Positions 9,416-18,433 of a DNA stretch of 46,225 bases are shown here, one piece after another. Positions within the stretch are counted from its first letter, which is position 1. Each line of letters opens with the position of its first letter. The notes under the pieces were generated by a model. It was not told where the DNA came from and made no database searches. It was given only the letters and a program-made list of their open reading frames with translations. A program made the position numbers and the translations under genes. Source of the DNA: a virus (taxonomy: Duplodnaviria > Caudoviricetes); IMG/VR virus record IMGVR_UViG_3300017774_002865, positions 1 through 46,225 of that record. One strand, written 5' to 3'.

Positions 9416-10555
9416 ATGAAAGTCGCAACAAAACCTGTCAAGCCCTTGAATCCACGTAGTGCGGATACCAATGCCATGGGCATGGAACCAACTTGGGTAC
9501 GCCAACCTACAGATAATCGATTTAGTGCTTTGAGCAAAGCATTTTCTTGGTACAATTATTTTTACGGCAAAAAAGATGCCCGTGAGATGATTGTTGCATA
9601 TCTAGAAGCACATGACCGCAAAGCAGATGTTCGTACGCTCAAACAGATTCCAGACAGCTCAATCAGATTAACAACAGGTTGGTTGTGTCGCATGAGCTTG
9701 GTTGGACTAGAGCTCACCGAACATGAACAAACCAAATTAGATAACTTGTTAAAAGAATTGTTAGAATCCAAACAAACTGAGGTTGAGGTTGAGGCCCCGG
9801 TAGAGGATACAGTACCAAGAATCACTATTCAGGACCGCCTGCGTGAGAAGGTATCAGAGTGTGCGGGTGAAATGGATGGCTTGTTTGACGAGTTTATCTT
9901 GGCAGGAGCCAAACTCAATGCAGACTACAAACCCGTGGTTCTCATGCGTTCAATGAATATTGCACCACAAATGGTGAATGACATCAAGCAAATTTGGACC
10001 CGTAAACTTGCAGAGTTTGACGAGGCAGTAGCAGGCAAAGATGCGGACTTGGTACAGGGCTACGGATACCTCTCTAAGATACAGTTAAAGAATTGTGTAA
10101 AGTTCTGTGAGCTTGTGATTTCAGACTGTGGTGCCTATGTGCAGATTAAAAAGGTCGAGCGCAAGCCACGCAAGGTCCGGGCAGTGCCACCTGAGAAACG
10201 TGCCGCAAAGTTCAAGCATATTGTGGACTTTGCAGAACTCAAACTCAAGGGCTTGCCAGCCGCAAGTTTAGTGGACAAGTCAGAAGCCTGGTTGTATGAC
10301 ACCAAAAAACGCAAGCTGATCCACCTTGTTGCTGACAGTCATACACAGGCATTTACTGTAAAGTCAAACTCAATTATTGGGTTTAGTACAGTTGAGAGCC
10401 AGCAAAAAACTGTGCGAAAGCCAGCAGAGGTACTCAAAGCCTTGGGTGCCGCAGGCAAGCCAGCCGCAAGAAAGATCTACAAGGACTTGACCACCACAGA
10501 AACACCCTTTAACGGGCGTGGTACAGAGAACTTGATCATTCTAAAAAGCTGGTAA
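9416..10555 (+). CDS. Hypothetical early protein, Lys-rich C-terminal half
   Basis: Long ORF; GGAG SD precedes the ATG at 9416. No function recognised. Confidence 0.75.
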   Translation: MKVATKPVKPLNPRSADTNAMGMEPTWVRQPTDNRFSALSKAFSWYNYFYGKKDAREMIVAYLEAHDRKADVRTLKQIPDSSIRLTTGWLCRMSLVGLELTEHEQTKLDNLLKELLESKQTEVEVEAPVEDTVPRITIQDRLREKVSECAGEMDGLFDEFILAGAKLNADYKPVVLMRSMNIAPQMVNDIKQIWTRKLAEFDEAVAGKDADLVQGYGYLSKIQLKNCVKFCELVISDCGAYVQIKKVERKPRKVRAVPPEKRAAKFKHIVDFAELKLKGLPAASLVDKSEAWLYDTKKRKLIHLVADSHTQAFTVKSNSIIGFSTVESQQKTVRKPAEVLKALGAAGKPAARKIYKDLTTTETPFNGRGTENLIILKSW

Positions 10556-10575
10556 ATAAAGGGGACGGAGTCCCC
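10553..10575 (+). promoter_or_regulatory. Late promoter TAAATA followed by an SD-enclosing hairpin
   Basis: TAAATA at 10553-10558. GGGGAC-GGA-GTCCCC at 10561-10575 contains GGAG 7 nt before the ATG. Confidence 0.65.
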
Positions 10576-10577
10576 CA

Positions 10578-11345
10578 ATGGCAGAACAGCAACAAAACTC
10601 GCTTGAGATGCTCAAGCAAAACATGATAGAATATGTAAAGCTTCAACTTGGTGATCAGATTATTGATCTCGAGTTGGACCCTGCTCACTACGAAGCCGCC
10701 TATCAAAAAACACTAGGCACTTACCGTCAACGGGCCAGCAACGCTTATGAGGAAAGCTACAGCTTTATGGAACTGGTCAAAGATGTCAACATCTATCAGT
10801 TGCCACAAGAGGTTGTTAGTGTACGTCAGATATTCCGCAGACAGTTTGGTGATGCCACAGGCCAGGCCAGTAACTTTGATCCATTCTCTCAAGCCAGCAT
10901 GAACGTTTACCTAATGAATTTTAACGTAGCAGGTGGTCTTGCCACATACGACTTTTACAGTCAGTACGTTGAATTGGCTGCACGTATGTTTGGCGGCTAC
11001 ATGAACTACACGTTCAACCAAGTAACAAAGAAAATACAACTGATCCGTGACCCAAGAGGCACCGGCGAGAACGTGTTACTTTGGACATACAATCTAAAAC
11101 CTGAAGTTAACTTGTTACAAGATTTCCAAATTCAGCAATGGATCAAGGACTATATGGTTGCCAACTGTAAAATGATCATTGGTGAAGCACGTGAGAAGTT
11201 TGGTTCAATTGCAGGACCACAAGGCGGTGGTACCTTAAACGGTGCCGCAATGAAAGCCGAAGCCAAAGAAGCTATCACAGCCCTAGAAGAACAGCTCAAA
11301 AACTATGTGGATGCTAGCCAGCCACTTACCTGGGTAATCGGCTAA
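10578..11345 (+). CDS. T4 gp13-like neck/head-tail adaptor protein
   Basis: LQLGDQIIDLELDP at the N-terminus and WIKDY..A.CK.IIGEAREKF...GPQGGGTLNG at the C-terminus match the gp13 pattern. Confidence 0.75.
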   Translation: MAEQQQNSLEMLKQNMIEYVKLQLGDQIIDLELDPAHYEAAYQKTLGTYRQRASNAYEESYSFMELVKDVNIYQLPQEVVSVRQIFRRQFGDATGQASNFDPFSQASMNVYLMNFNVAGGLATYDFYSQYVELAARMFGGYMNYTFNQVTKKIQLIRDPRGTGENVLLWTYNLKPEVNLLQDFQIQQWIKDYMVANCKMIIGEAREKFGSIAGPQGGGTLNGAAMKAEAKEAITALEEQLKNYVDASQPLTWVIG

Positions 11346-11352
11346 CCATCCG

Positions 11353-11381
11353 TTGCGTGTCAACAAGCCTTGTGTTATAAT
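11353..11381 (+). promoter_or_regulatory. Sigma70-type promoter, leaderless
   Basis: TTGCGT-17 nt-TATAAT with extended TG. The ATG is only 5 nt after the -10 box. Confidence 0.7.
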
Positions 11382-11386
11382 AGCAC

Positions 11387-11908
11387 ATGGACTTGATGAT
11401 CGACTTAGAAGGGCTTGCAACAGGCCCAGACACTACAATACTAACTATTGCGGCCCAGAGCTTTGACCCGTTAGGGCAAGGCCATTCTGGACAGAGTTAC
11501 TATGCCAGAGTCACACTAGAAAGTCAAGAAGATCGTGCCATCGATCAAGGCACAATTGATTGGTGGGCCACACAACCTGCTGTGGTTCGGGACGAAGCGT
11601 TCAGTGAACAAGATCGTATCCCGTTAGATCAAGCTCTAGACGGGCTAGGCCGGCTGATTTGGCACTCCACCAGAATCTGGGCACAAGGTCCCACATACGA
11701 CATGAACATTCTGGAGCATGCTTACAAGAGTTATGGCAAGCCATTGCCTTGGAAATACTACATGGTGCGAGACAGCCGTACTGTGTTCTCGTTATGGCCT
11801 GATCAGCCCATCCCACCCACCAGCCACCATGCACTAGAAGACTGCCGCAGACAAATAGGCATGCTACAACGCACACTTGATCATCTTAATGTAACCTCCT
11901 TAAAATGA
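11387..11908 (+). CDS. DEDDh 3'-5' exonuclease (DexA/Rv2179c-like)
   Basis: MIDLE, WAQGPTYD, RDSRT and HHALED motifs. Confidence 0.8.
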   Translation: MDLMIDLEGLATGPDTTILTIAAQSFDPLGQGHSGQSYYARVTLESQEDRAIDQGTIDWWATQPAVVRDEAFSEQDRIPLDQALDGLGRLIWHSTRIWAQGPTYDMNILEHAYKSYGKPLPWKYYMVRDSRTVFSLWPDQPIPPTSHHALEDCRRQIGMLQRTLDHLNVTSLK

Positions 11909-12432
11909 CCCTTCCTAAACTGCTGATTATTGGCAACGCTCGACACGGCAAAGATACTGTGTGTGATATTCTGCGTGAAGAATTTGGATATAGTTTTCGT
12001 TCTAGTTCAGACTTTTGCGCTGAAAAGTTTATCTATGCAGAACTCAAAAACAAATATGGATACACTAGCTATGCACAATGTTTTGAGGATCGGCACAATC
12101 ATCGAGCAGAATGGTATGACATGATTCATGCTTACTGTAAAAACGATTATGCTAGACTGGGTAGAGAAATATTTGCTGAAAATTCAATCTACTGCGGACT
12201 GCGTAACAAGAGCGAGTTCCATGCCATGCGTAACACCCAGGTATTTGATTATGCTGTTTGGGTGGACCGCAGTGATCACTTGCCCGCAGAAGATCAATCT
12301 AGTATGAGCCTGGAAATTTGGATGGCAGACTATGTGATTGACAACAATGGCGGACTAGAAGACTTGCGCAGAAACTCACGTGAATTGATGTCTACTCTGT
12401 TGTATAAATATTCCTTTAAGGAATCCGTTTGA
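11905..12432 (+). CDS. Deoxynucleoside monophosphate kinase-like P-loop protein
   Basis: IIGNARHGKDT P-loop, GLRNKSE, and a C-terminal DYVIDNNG. Confidence 0.65.
   Translation: MTLPKLLIIGNARHGKDTVCDILREEFGYSFRSSSDFCAEKFIYAELKNKYGYTSYAQCFEDRHNHRAEWYDMIHAYCKNDYARLGREIFAENSIYCGLRNKSEFHAMRNTQVFDYAVWVDRSDHLPAEDQSSMSLEIWMADYVIDNNGGLEDLRRNSRELMSTLLYKYSFKESV
12403..12424 (+). promoter_or_regulatory. Late promoter TATAAATA followed by an SD-occluding hairpin
   Basis: TATAAATA at 12403-12410. ATTCCT-TTA-AGGAAT at 12410-12424 pairs with the AAGGA SD of the TTG start at 12429. Confidence 0.6.
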
Positions 12433-13889
12433 TAGTATTGTTTAATGACAGTCCAAATCCTCCTATTAGGTCACTTGGGGTATATAGGATAGCCACAGAA
12501 TTAAGAAGACATGGCGTAGAAGTAGAAGTTATTGATTTTTTGTCTCATTGGGATCAGTCTGTACTACTAACATACTTGGACACTATCGCAGAAGTCGAAT
12601 GGTGGGGATTTAGTACTAAATTTTTTCCTCCCACATACAACTCAGACAAATTTGCTGGCCAGGCCACTTTTCGCAACAACAAATGGACCACTGACAATAA
12701 AGATGCTGGGTTTATGACTGAATTGCTTAACAAAGACGAAGCTCTATTAATTGATTACATAAAAAATCGTCAAGGCACAATTGTAGTTGGAGGTCCCAAT
12801 GCTGAGATAATTCAACACATGCCAGTAAATGTTGATATCATATGTGCTGGGTACTCAGATCTGGCAGTTTTAGCTGTACATAATCATATTGTACAAGGCA
12901 ACGACCTAATTTATACACACTTCAATAATAAAAAATATGTGGATGCTGACAAACACTATGCAGTTCAGATATTAAATAATTTAACTACTGAATATGCTGA
13001 TTCAGATTTTGTAACAGACGACTGGGTATTGCCTATTGAAATAGGTAGAGGTTGCATTTTTCAATGTGCATTTTGTGAGTTTGATCACTTGGGCAAAAAG
13101 CCGGGAACCTACATCCGATCCAAGGAAGAAATCAAACAAGATATCCTGTATAGATACAACTCATTTGGTGTAAAAAAGTTCATGTTTGTTGACGATACAT
13201 TTAATGACAGCCTGGAAAAAATGTATTTGATTCGAGATATCCGACAAGAAACTGGTATAGATTTTGAATTTTGGAGTTATTGCCGAATAGATCTTCTGGC
13301 AGCAAATACTGAACAAGTGAATCTTATTCCAGAAATTGGATGGAAGTCATTTACAGTAGGTATTGAAACATTCAACCGTAATAGTGGAAAAGCTGTGGGT
13401 AAAGGCGCAGATCCTGAAAAGCTCAAACACTTTTTGATTGAGCTAAAAGATCGATTTCCTAAACTGAGATTACAAGTTAACATCATTGTGGGATTACCGC
13501 ATGACACCGAAGACTCCATTAGAGAAACTGCAGAGTGGTTTTTGGCCAATCCTGATGTCGCTGAATATGTTAAATTTGCCACATTGAGAATTAAAAACCC
13601 CGAAGGTCTTACTAAAAACATCAGTAAAATGAGCAAAGACCCAGAAAAGTACGGTTACAAAATACTAGATAGAAAACAGTTTGATGTATACAAATGGACT
13701 ACTCCTTACTTGGACACTAGTACTGCCCAACAACTAGTAGAAAAATATAATCCGTTGTTATGGCAAGGAACAAATAATCGCAGGCCCGATCACGTGACCG
13801 CACTAAGTGATCAACCTTATTTTTATACAGATAGATTTTATGTAATAAAAAATTATATTTCAAAAAAATTACATTACCGGAATGTTTAA
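12429..13889 (+). CDS. Radical SAM protein with N-terminal cobalamin-binding-like domain
   Basis: EIGRGCIFQCAFC (CxxxCxxC), FVDDTFN, GIET and IIVGLPHDT. The N-terminus has SLGVYRIATELRRHG and VVGGPN. Confidence 0.8.
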   Translation: MIVLFNDSPNPPIRSLGVYRIATELRRHGVEVEVIDFLSHWDQSVLLTYLDTIAEVEWWGFSTKFFPPTYNSDKFAGQATFRNNKWTTDNKDAGFMTELLNKDEALLIDYIKNRQGTIVVGGPNAEIIQHMPVNVDIICAGYSDLAVLAVHNHIVQGNDLIYTHFNNKKYVDADKHYAVQILNNLTTEYADSDFVTDDWVLPIEIGRGCIFQCAFCEFDHLGKKPGTYIRSKEEIKQDILYRYNSFGVKKFMFVDDTFNDSLEKMYLIRDIRQETGIDFEFWSYCRIDLLAANTEQVNLIPEIGWKSFTVGIETFNRNSGKAVGKGADPEKLKHFLIELKDRFPKLRLQVNIIVGLPHDTEDSIRETAEWFLANPDVAEYVKFATLRIKNPEGLTKNISKMSKDPEKYGYKILDRKQFDVYKWTTPYLDTSTAQQLVEKYNPLLWQGTNNRRPDHVTALSDQPYFYTDRFYVIKNYISKKLHYRNV

Positions 13890-14230
13890 CAATCGGGGTT
13901 CAGATCCCCTGGCTTCCAGGGCAATACACTTTTGGCAACTTCTTCTACACAGTTGCGACAAATACATTTTAGATTTTTAACACCAGTATTGTTTAGATCT
14001 CCGTCAACATGATACACTAGAATTTGACTTGAGTATCGGGCTTTGAACCCGCACTTGTCACACACTAATTTTTTTTTGAATCCTGCGGCTTCCCACCGTG
14101 GGATTCTTTTTTTCAGGCCACGACGTTTCCTTGCACAGCTCTCGCATCTAGTACGATAGTGTGCAACACCATTACAATGATAGTTAACAGCACACGGCAG
14201 TTGATTACATGCTTGACAAATGGGTCTCAT
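13886..14230 (-). CDS. Cys-rich HNH-like/zinc-finger protein
   Basis: Several CxxC pairs plus CDKCGF...VYHVDGDLNN...NLKCICRNC. Preceded by GCTAAATA-4 nt-ATG. Confidence 0.65.
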   Translation of the reverse strand: MRPICQACNQLPCAVNYHCNGVAHYRTRCESCARKRRGLKKRIPRWEAAGFKKKLVCDKCGFKARYSSQILVYHVDGDLNNTGVKNLKCICRNCVEEVAKSVLPWKPGDLNPDC

Positions 14231-14234
14231 ACGG

Positions 14235-14301
14235 TATTTAGCAACAGGACCTTTGGCAAAGGGCGCCGTAACGACGACTTTTTAGCAGTTGTCTATAAAT
14301 A
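14235..14301. promoter_or_regulatory. Divergent pair of late promoters
   Basis: TAAATA on the minus strand (14235-14240) and TATAAATA on the plus strand (14294-14301), with a small CCTTTG-G-CAAAGG palindrome between them (14250-14262). Confidence 0.7.
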
Positions 14302-14325
14302 TTGTATCTTGAAAAGGAATTGATC

Positions 14326-17300
14326 ATGGCTCTAGTATCTCCAGGCGTAGAAGTAACAGTTATTGACGAAAGTCAATATATCCCTTCCGCTGTTAACACA
14401 GTACCGTATTTCTTAATCGCTACTGCTCAGAACAAAGTAAGCTCTAACGGTGTTACCGTTGCAGCCGGCACATTGGCAGCCAATGCCAATAAGACTTATC
14501 TAATCACAAGTCAACGAGACTTGGCAGCCACATTTGGTGTGCCATTCTTCTATCAGACCACAACTGGTACCCCAATCAACGGTTACGAACTCAATGAGTA
14601 CGGACTACTTGCGTCTTACTCAGCCCTAGGTATCACAAATCGTTGCTATGTGCAACGTGTTGATATTGACCTAACAGAGCTAACTGCTAGTTTGGTTCGT
14701 CCAACTGGATCTCCTGCCAATGGTGATTATTGGTTAGATACTTCAACATCAGTTTGGGGCATTCAAGAATACAATCAAACAACCAACACATTCACTGTTG
14801 AAACCCCTATTATTATAGATGATACTGCTGATGTTATTGATCCTGAATCAGACCCAACCCCATTGGCAACTGTTGGTAGTATTGGCGATTATGCGATTGT
14901 CACCTGTGCAACAGATACAAAACTTTTGGGTTATTATAAAAATAGCGATAACGATTGGGTGCAAGTTGGTAGCGACGCTTGGAAAACATCCTGGCCCACA
15001 ATTCAAGGCACAGGAACACCAACGTCATTGACTGCTAGTGCAAGTATGTTTGTTAATGAAAGTGAAATTTTTGTACCAGCCGCTCCTGACAACACAGTTG
15101 TAGGATTTGCCACCGCAATAAATAATGCAAGTGTTGCCGGTGTCACAGCTGCCGCAGTAAGTGGAAAACTATATTTGTACGCTAACTCTACAGCTACCAA
15201 TGATGCATCAACCAGCGACGGCGGAATAATTTCAATTGAAACAGGGTCGTCAGCTGGAGCCGCATTGTTAACAGCTCTAGGCATTACTGCTCAAGTTTAT
15301 CGTGCTCCTGAGTATCTTGCATCATACAGTTATCAAGCACCTAGATGGGCTGTTGGTCAAACAGCACCAGCCCCAACAGGATCTGTCTGGAACAATGTTA
15401 GCCCAGCCAACAACGGAGTGAGTCTACGAGTAAAAAAATACAGCTCAGCCCTAGGAACTTTTATTGCACAATCATGTCCAGTGTATTTTGGTACAGTGTC
15501 AGCATCATATGCATTAGATCCAACTGGTGGCGGAAAAAATATTCCTGTAGGAACCACAATAGCAATTGCTGATGCTGCCACTTTTGGTGACACTGACGCT
15601 ACCATGGCTTTTGAAATACTAGAACGGTATGCTTTGGGTGCTACTGTAGTAACTGGATCTACTACAACCCCTGGACCATTTACTAACGGAAATAGCTTTA
15701 CTATTTCAGGTAGTCAACTAGATAATACCACTATTACAGGTACTGCTACTATTTCAGGAACAACAACCGCGGCATTTATTGCCGCTGTTAGTGCCGCGGC
15801 AGTACCATATGTGTCAGCAAGTGTCAACAGTGCAGGAGCCATTGTGTTCACGCACAGTCAAGGTGGAACTATTACGTTGTTAAATGTAATAGGCACTCCG
15901 ATCACAACTGCTGGATTTACTGCAAGCACTCAATTTTGTCGTCCAGGTTTCCGCACACCAAATTCATTGGCATTAAGCTACTGGGTTGGTACACCAACAT
16001 TCACCTACACTTCAAGTAATACTGCACCAGACGAAGATCCTGTTGATGGCCGTTTATGGTATTACAGCACTGTTAGTGATGCTGATATCATGATTCAAAA
16101 CAACGGACAATGGTCTGGATATCAGACTGTAACCAATGACGTTCGTGGGTTTGATCTAGCTTTAACCAATGCCAGTGGTCCTATCATTGCGGCCACAGCA
16201 CCTACTACACAAAATGATACATCACTTTCACCATTGGTATATGGAGATCTATGGATTGATACCAGTGACCTAGAAAACTATCCCAAGCTGTATCGCTGGC
16301 AAGTTGTTGACGGCGTGGATCAGTGGATAGAAGTTGATACTACTGATCAAACAACTCAAAACGGTATTTTGTTTGCAGATGCACGTTGGGCACCAAACGG
16401 CACAACTGACCCTGTGATGGATGCAATTCCTAGCATTGACAGTCTATTAACCAGTGGCTACTTGGACTTAGATGCTCCAAATCCGCAACTTTATCCGCAG
16501 GGCATGTTGTTGTTTAACACACGTCGTTCAGGCTACAATGTCAAGAGTTTCCAGAGTAACTATTTCAATGCTGAAGCATACCCTGCAGATCCGTGGTCAA
16601 GTGGCACAACCTACATCACTGGTAATTATGTAAGTTATTCTGGCACTAACTATATTTCTTTGCAATACAATAACCTCAACCAGACTCCAGGAACTGCACC
16701 AGCTTACTGGGCAGCGATCACACAAACCAATACCTGGCTCACAGCAAGTGGCAACAGAGATGATGGTGCAATGTGGTCTGGTCGACAAGCACAACGTCAA
16801 TTGGTTGTACAAGCTATGAAAGCAGGTATCGATACCAGCTCTGCTGCTCGTGAAGAACAAGCACAATTTAGTTTGATTGCCGCCACAGCTTATCCAGAGT
16901 TGATTCCCAACATGGTTGCACTCAGTAATGAACGTAACAACACATTGTTTGTGGTAGGCGACACACCAATGCGTCTTGCAGCCAACGGCACTGATCTAGC
17001 AGCCTGGGCAACCAATAATGGTGGACTAGGATTCCGATCTGAAGATGGTTTAGTAACTGCCAGCCAGTATTTGGGTACATTCTATCCCAGCTGCCAGACC
17101 ACAGACACAACGGGTAATCCTGTTGTAACAGCACCAAGTCACATGATGATGCGTACCATTATCCGTAGTGATGCAGTGAGTTATCCGTGGTTAGCACCTG
17201 CTGGTACACGTCGTGGTGTGGTTGACAATGCTATTGCTATTGGTTACATTGATGCAGCCACTGGCGAATTTGAACAAATCAACGTTGGACAAGGTCTACG

Positions 17301-17727
17301 TGATGTGCTGTATGAAAACGACATTAACCCAATTACGTTTATTCCGGGTGTTGGCATTACCAACTTTGGTAACAAGACCACAACTAGTGTTACTAGTGCT
17401 TTGGATCGTATCAATGTATCACGACTGGTTGCGTTCTTGCGTGGCAGACTTGAAGAAATTGGTAAATTGTATTTGTTTGAACCCAATGACGACATTACCC
17501 GTGCTGAAATCACCAACACTATCAACTCACTAATGATTGATTTGGTGGCCAAGCGTGGTATCTATGACTACTTGGTAGTTTGTGACTTGAGCAATAATAC
17601 TCCGGCACGTATCGACCGTAATGAGTTGTATGTTGATATTGCTATTGAACCAGTGAAGGCCGTGGAATTTATCTATATTCCATTGCGTATCAAGAACACT
17701 GGCGAGATTTCAGGACAAGCGGCCTAA
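14326..17727 (+). CDS. Contractile tail sheath protein (gp18-like) with large insertions
   Basis: MALVSPGVEVTVIDES N-terminus, WLAPAG, INPI, RINVSRL, LFEPND and CDLSNNTP...IEPVKAVEFIYI. AAGGA SD precedes ATG 14326. Confidence 0.93.
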   Translation: MALVSPGVEVTVIDESQYIPSAVNTVPYFLIATAQNKVSSNGVTVAAGTLAANANKTYLITSQRDLAATFGVPFFYQTTTGTPINGYELNEYGLLASYSALGITNRCYVQRVDIDLTELTASLVRPTGSPANGDYWLDTSTSVWGIQEYNQTTNTFTVETPIIIDDTADVIDPESDPTPLATVGSIGDYAIVTCATDTKLLGYYKNSDNDWVQVGSDAWKTSWPTIQGTGTPTSLTASASMFVNESEIFVPAAPDNTVVGFATAINNASVAGVTAAAVSGKLYLYANSTATNDASTSDGGIISIETGSSAGAALLTALGITAQVYRAPEYLASYSYQAPRWAVGQTAPAPTGSVWNNVSPANNGVSLRVKKYSSALGTFIAQSCPVYFGTVSASYALDPTGGGKNIPVGTTIAIADAATFGDTDATMAFEILERYALGATVVTGSTTTPGPFTNGNSFTISGSQLDNTTITGTATISGTTTAAFIAAVSAAAVPYVSASVNSAGAIVFTHSQGGTITLLNVIGTPITTAGFTASTQFCRPGFRTPNSLALSYWVGTPTFTYTSSNTAPDEDPVDGRLWYYSTVSDADIMIQNNGQWSGYQTVTNDVRGFDLALTNASGPIIAATAPTTQNDTSLSPLVYGDLWIDTSDLENYPKLYRWQVVDGVDQWIEVDTTDQTTQNGILFADARWAPNGTTDPVMDAIPSIDSLLTSGYLDLDAPNPQLYPQGMLLFNTRRSGYNVKSFQSNYFNAEAYPADPWSSGTTYITGNYVSYSGTNYISLQYNNLNQTPGTAPAYWAAITQTNTWLTASGNRDDGAMWSGRQAQRQLVVQAMKAGIDTSSAAREEQAQFSLIAATAYPELIPNMVALSNERNNTLFVVGDTPMRLAANGTDLAAWATNNGGLGFRSEDGLVTASQYLGTFYPSCQTTDTTGNPVVTAPSHMMMRTIIRSDAVSYPWLAPAGTRRGVVDNAIAIGYIDAATGEFEQINVGQGLRDVLYENDINPITFIPGVGITNFGNKTTTSVTSALDRINVSRLVAFLRGRLEEIGKLYLFEPNDDITRAEITNTINSLMIDLVAKRGIYDYLVVCDLSNNTPARIDRNELYVDIAIEPVKAVEFIYIPLRIKNTGEISGQAA

Positions 17728-17764
17728 TGAAAACGGTGGGTAATTTTTCACTCACCAATTCAAC

Positions 17765-17770
17765 TAAATA
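17765..17770 (+). promoter_or_regulatory. Late promoter TAAATA
   Basis: CTAAATA, then AGGAG SD and the tube gene start. Confidence 0.7.
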
Positions 17771-17794
17771 AACGTAACAGGAGATACCTACAAA

Positions 17795-18427
17795 ATGTCT
17801 AGTTCATCACTATCAAGAATGTCAGTTCCACTGGGAGGCCAGGCTGATCAGGGTTTGTTGATGCCCAAACTCAAATATCGCTTTCGCGTATTTTTTGAGA
17901 ACTTTGGCGTTGAAAAACCAACAACAGAATTAACCAAACAAGTAATGACCTTTGCAAGACCTAATTTGAGTTTTGAAGAAGTTACTATTCCAATTTATAA
18001 TTCAACTCTAAAGTTGGCTGGTAAGCCTACATGGGCCGACGTTGCTTGCGAAGTCCGTGACGACGCCGCTGGGTCAGTTAGCAAATTGGTTGGTGAACAA
18101 ATGCAAAAGCAAATGGACTTTTTAGAAATGGCATCAGCCAGTTCTGGTATTGACTACAAGTTCTTGACACGTATTGAAATTCTAGATGGTGGTAACGGTG
18201 CTGCTGCTCCAGTGGTTCTTGAAACATGGGAATTGTATGGATGCTATTTGAAGCAAGCTGATTACGGTCAATTGAGCTATGCCGAAAGTGCAGTTGTCAC
18301 AATCAACATGACTATAGCGTATGATAACGCCAACCAAATTCCATCTGGCTCTAACGGTGCTGGTATTGGTGGTGCTATTGGCCGAACATTAGGTGACATT
18401 GTTACAGGTGCTGGTACAACTAGCTAA
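17795..18427 (+). CDS. Tail tube protein (gp19-like)
   Basis: Follows the sheath gene. PKLKYRFRV, KLAGKPTW and ETWELYGCY...TIAYD fit the tube family. Confidence 0.85.
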   Translation: MSSSSLSRMSVPLGGQADQGLLMPKLKYRFRVFFENFGVEKPTTELTKQVMTFARPNLSFEEVTIPIYNSTLKLAGKPTWADVACEVRDDAAGSVSKLVGEQMQKQMDFLEMASASSGIDYKFLTRIEILDGGNGAAAPVVLETWELYGCYLKQADYGQLSYAESAVVTINMTIAYDNANQIPSGSNGAGIGGAIGRTLGDIVTGAGTTS

Positions 18428-18433
18428 TAACTA

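Noticed and set aside
13886-14230. Mobile homing endonuclease or intron
   Set aside because: It is short and free-standing with its own late promoter, the final HNH His is not evident, and neighbouring genes are uninterrupted.
17735-17756. GGTGGGT/ACTCACC stem after the sheath gene as a terminator
   Set aside because: The stem is weak with a G-U pair and no following U-tract.
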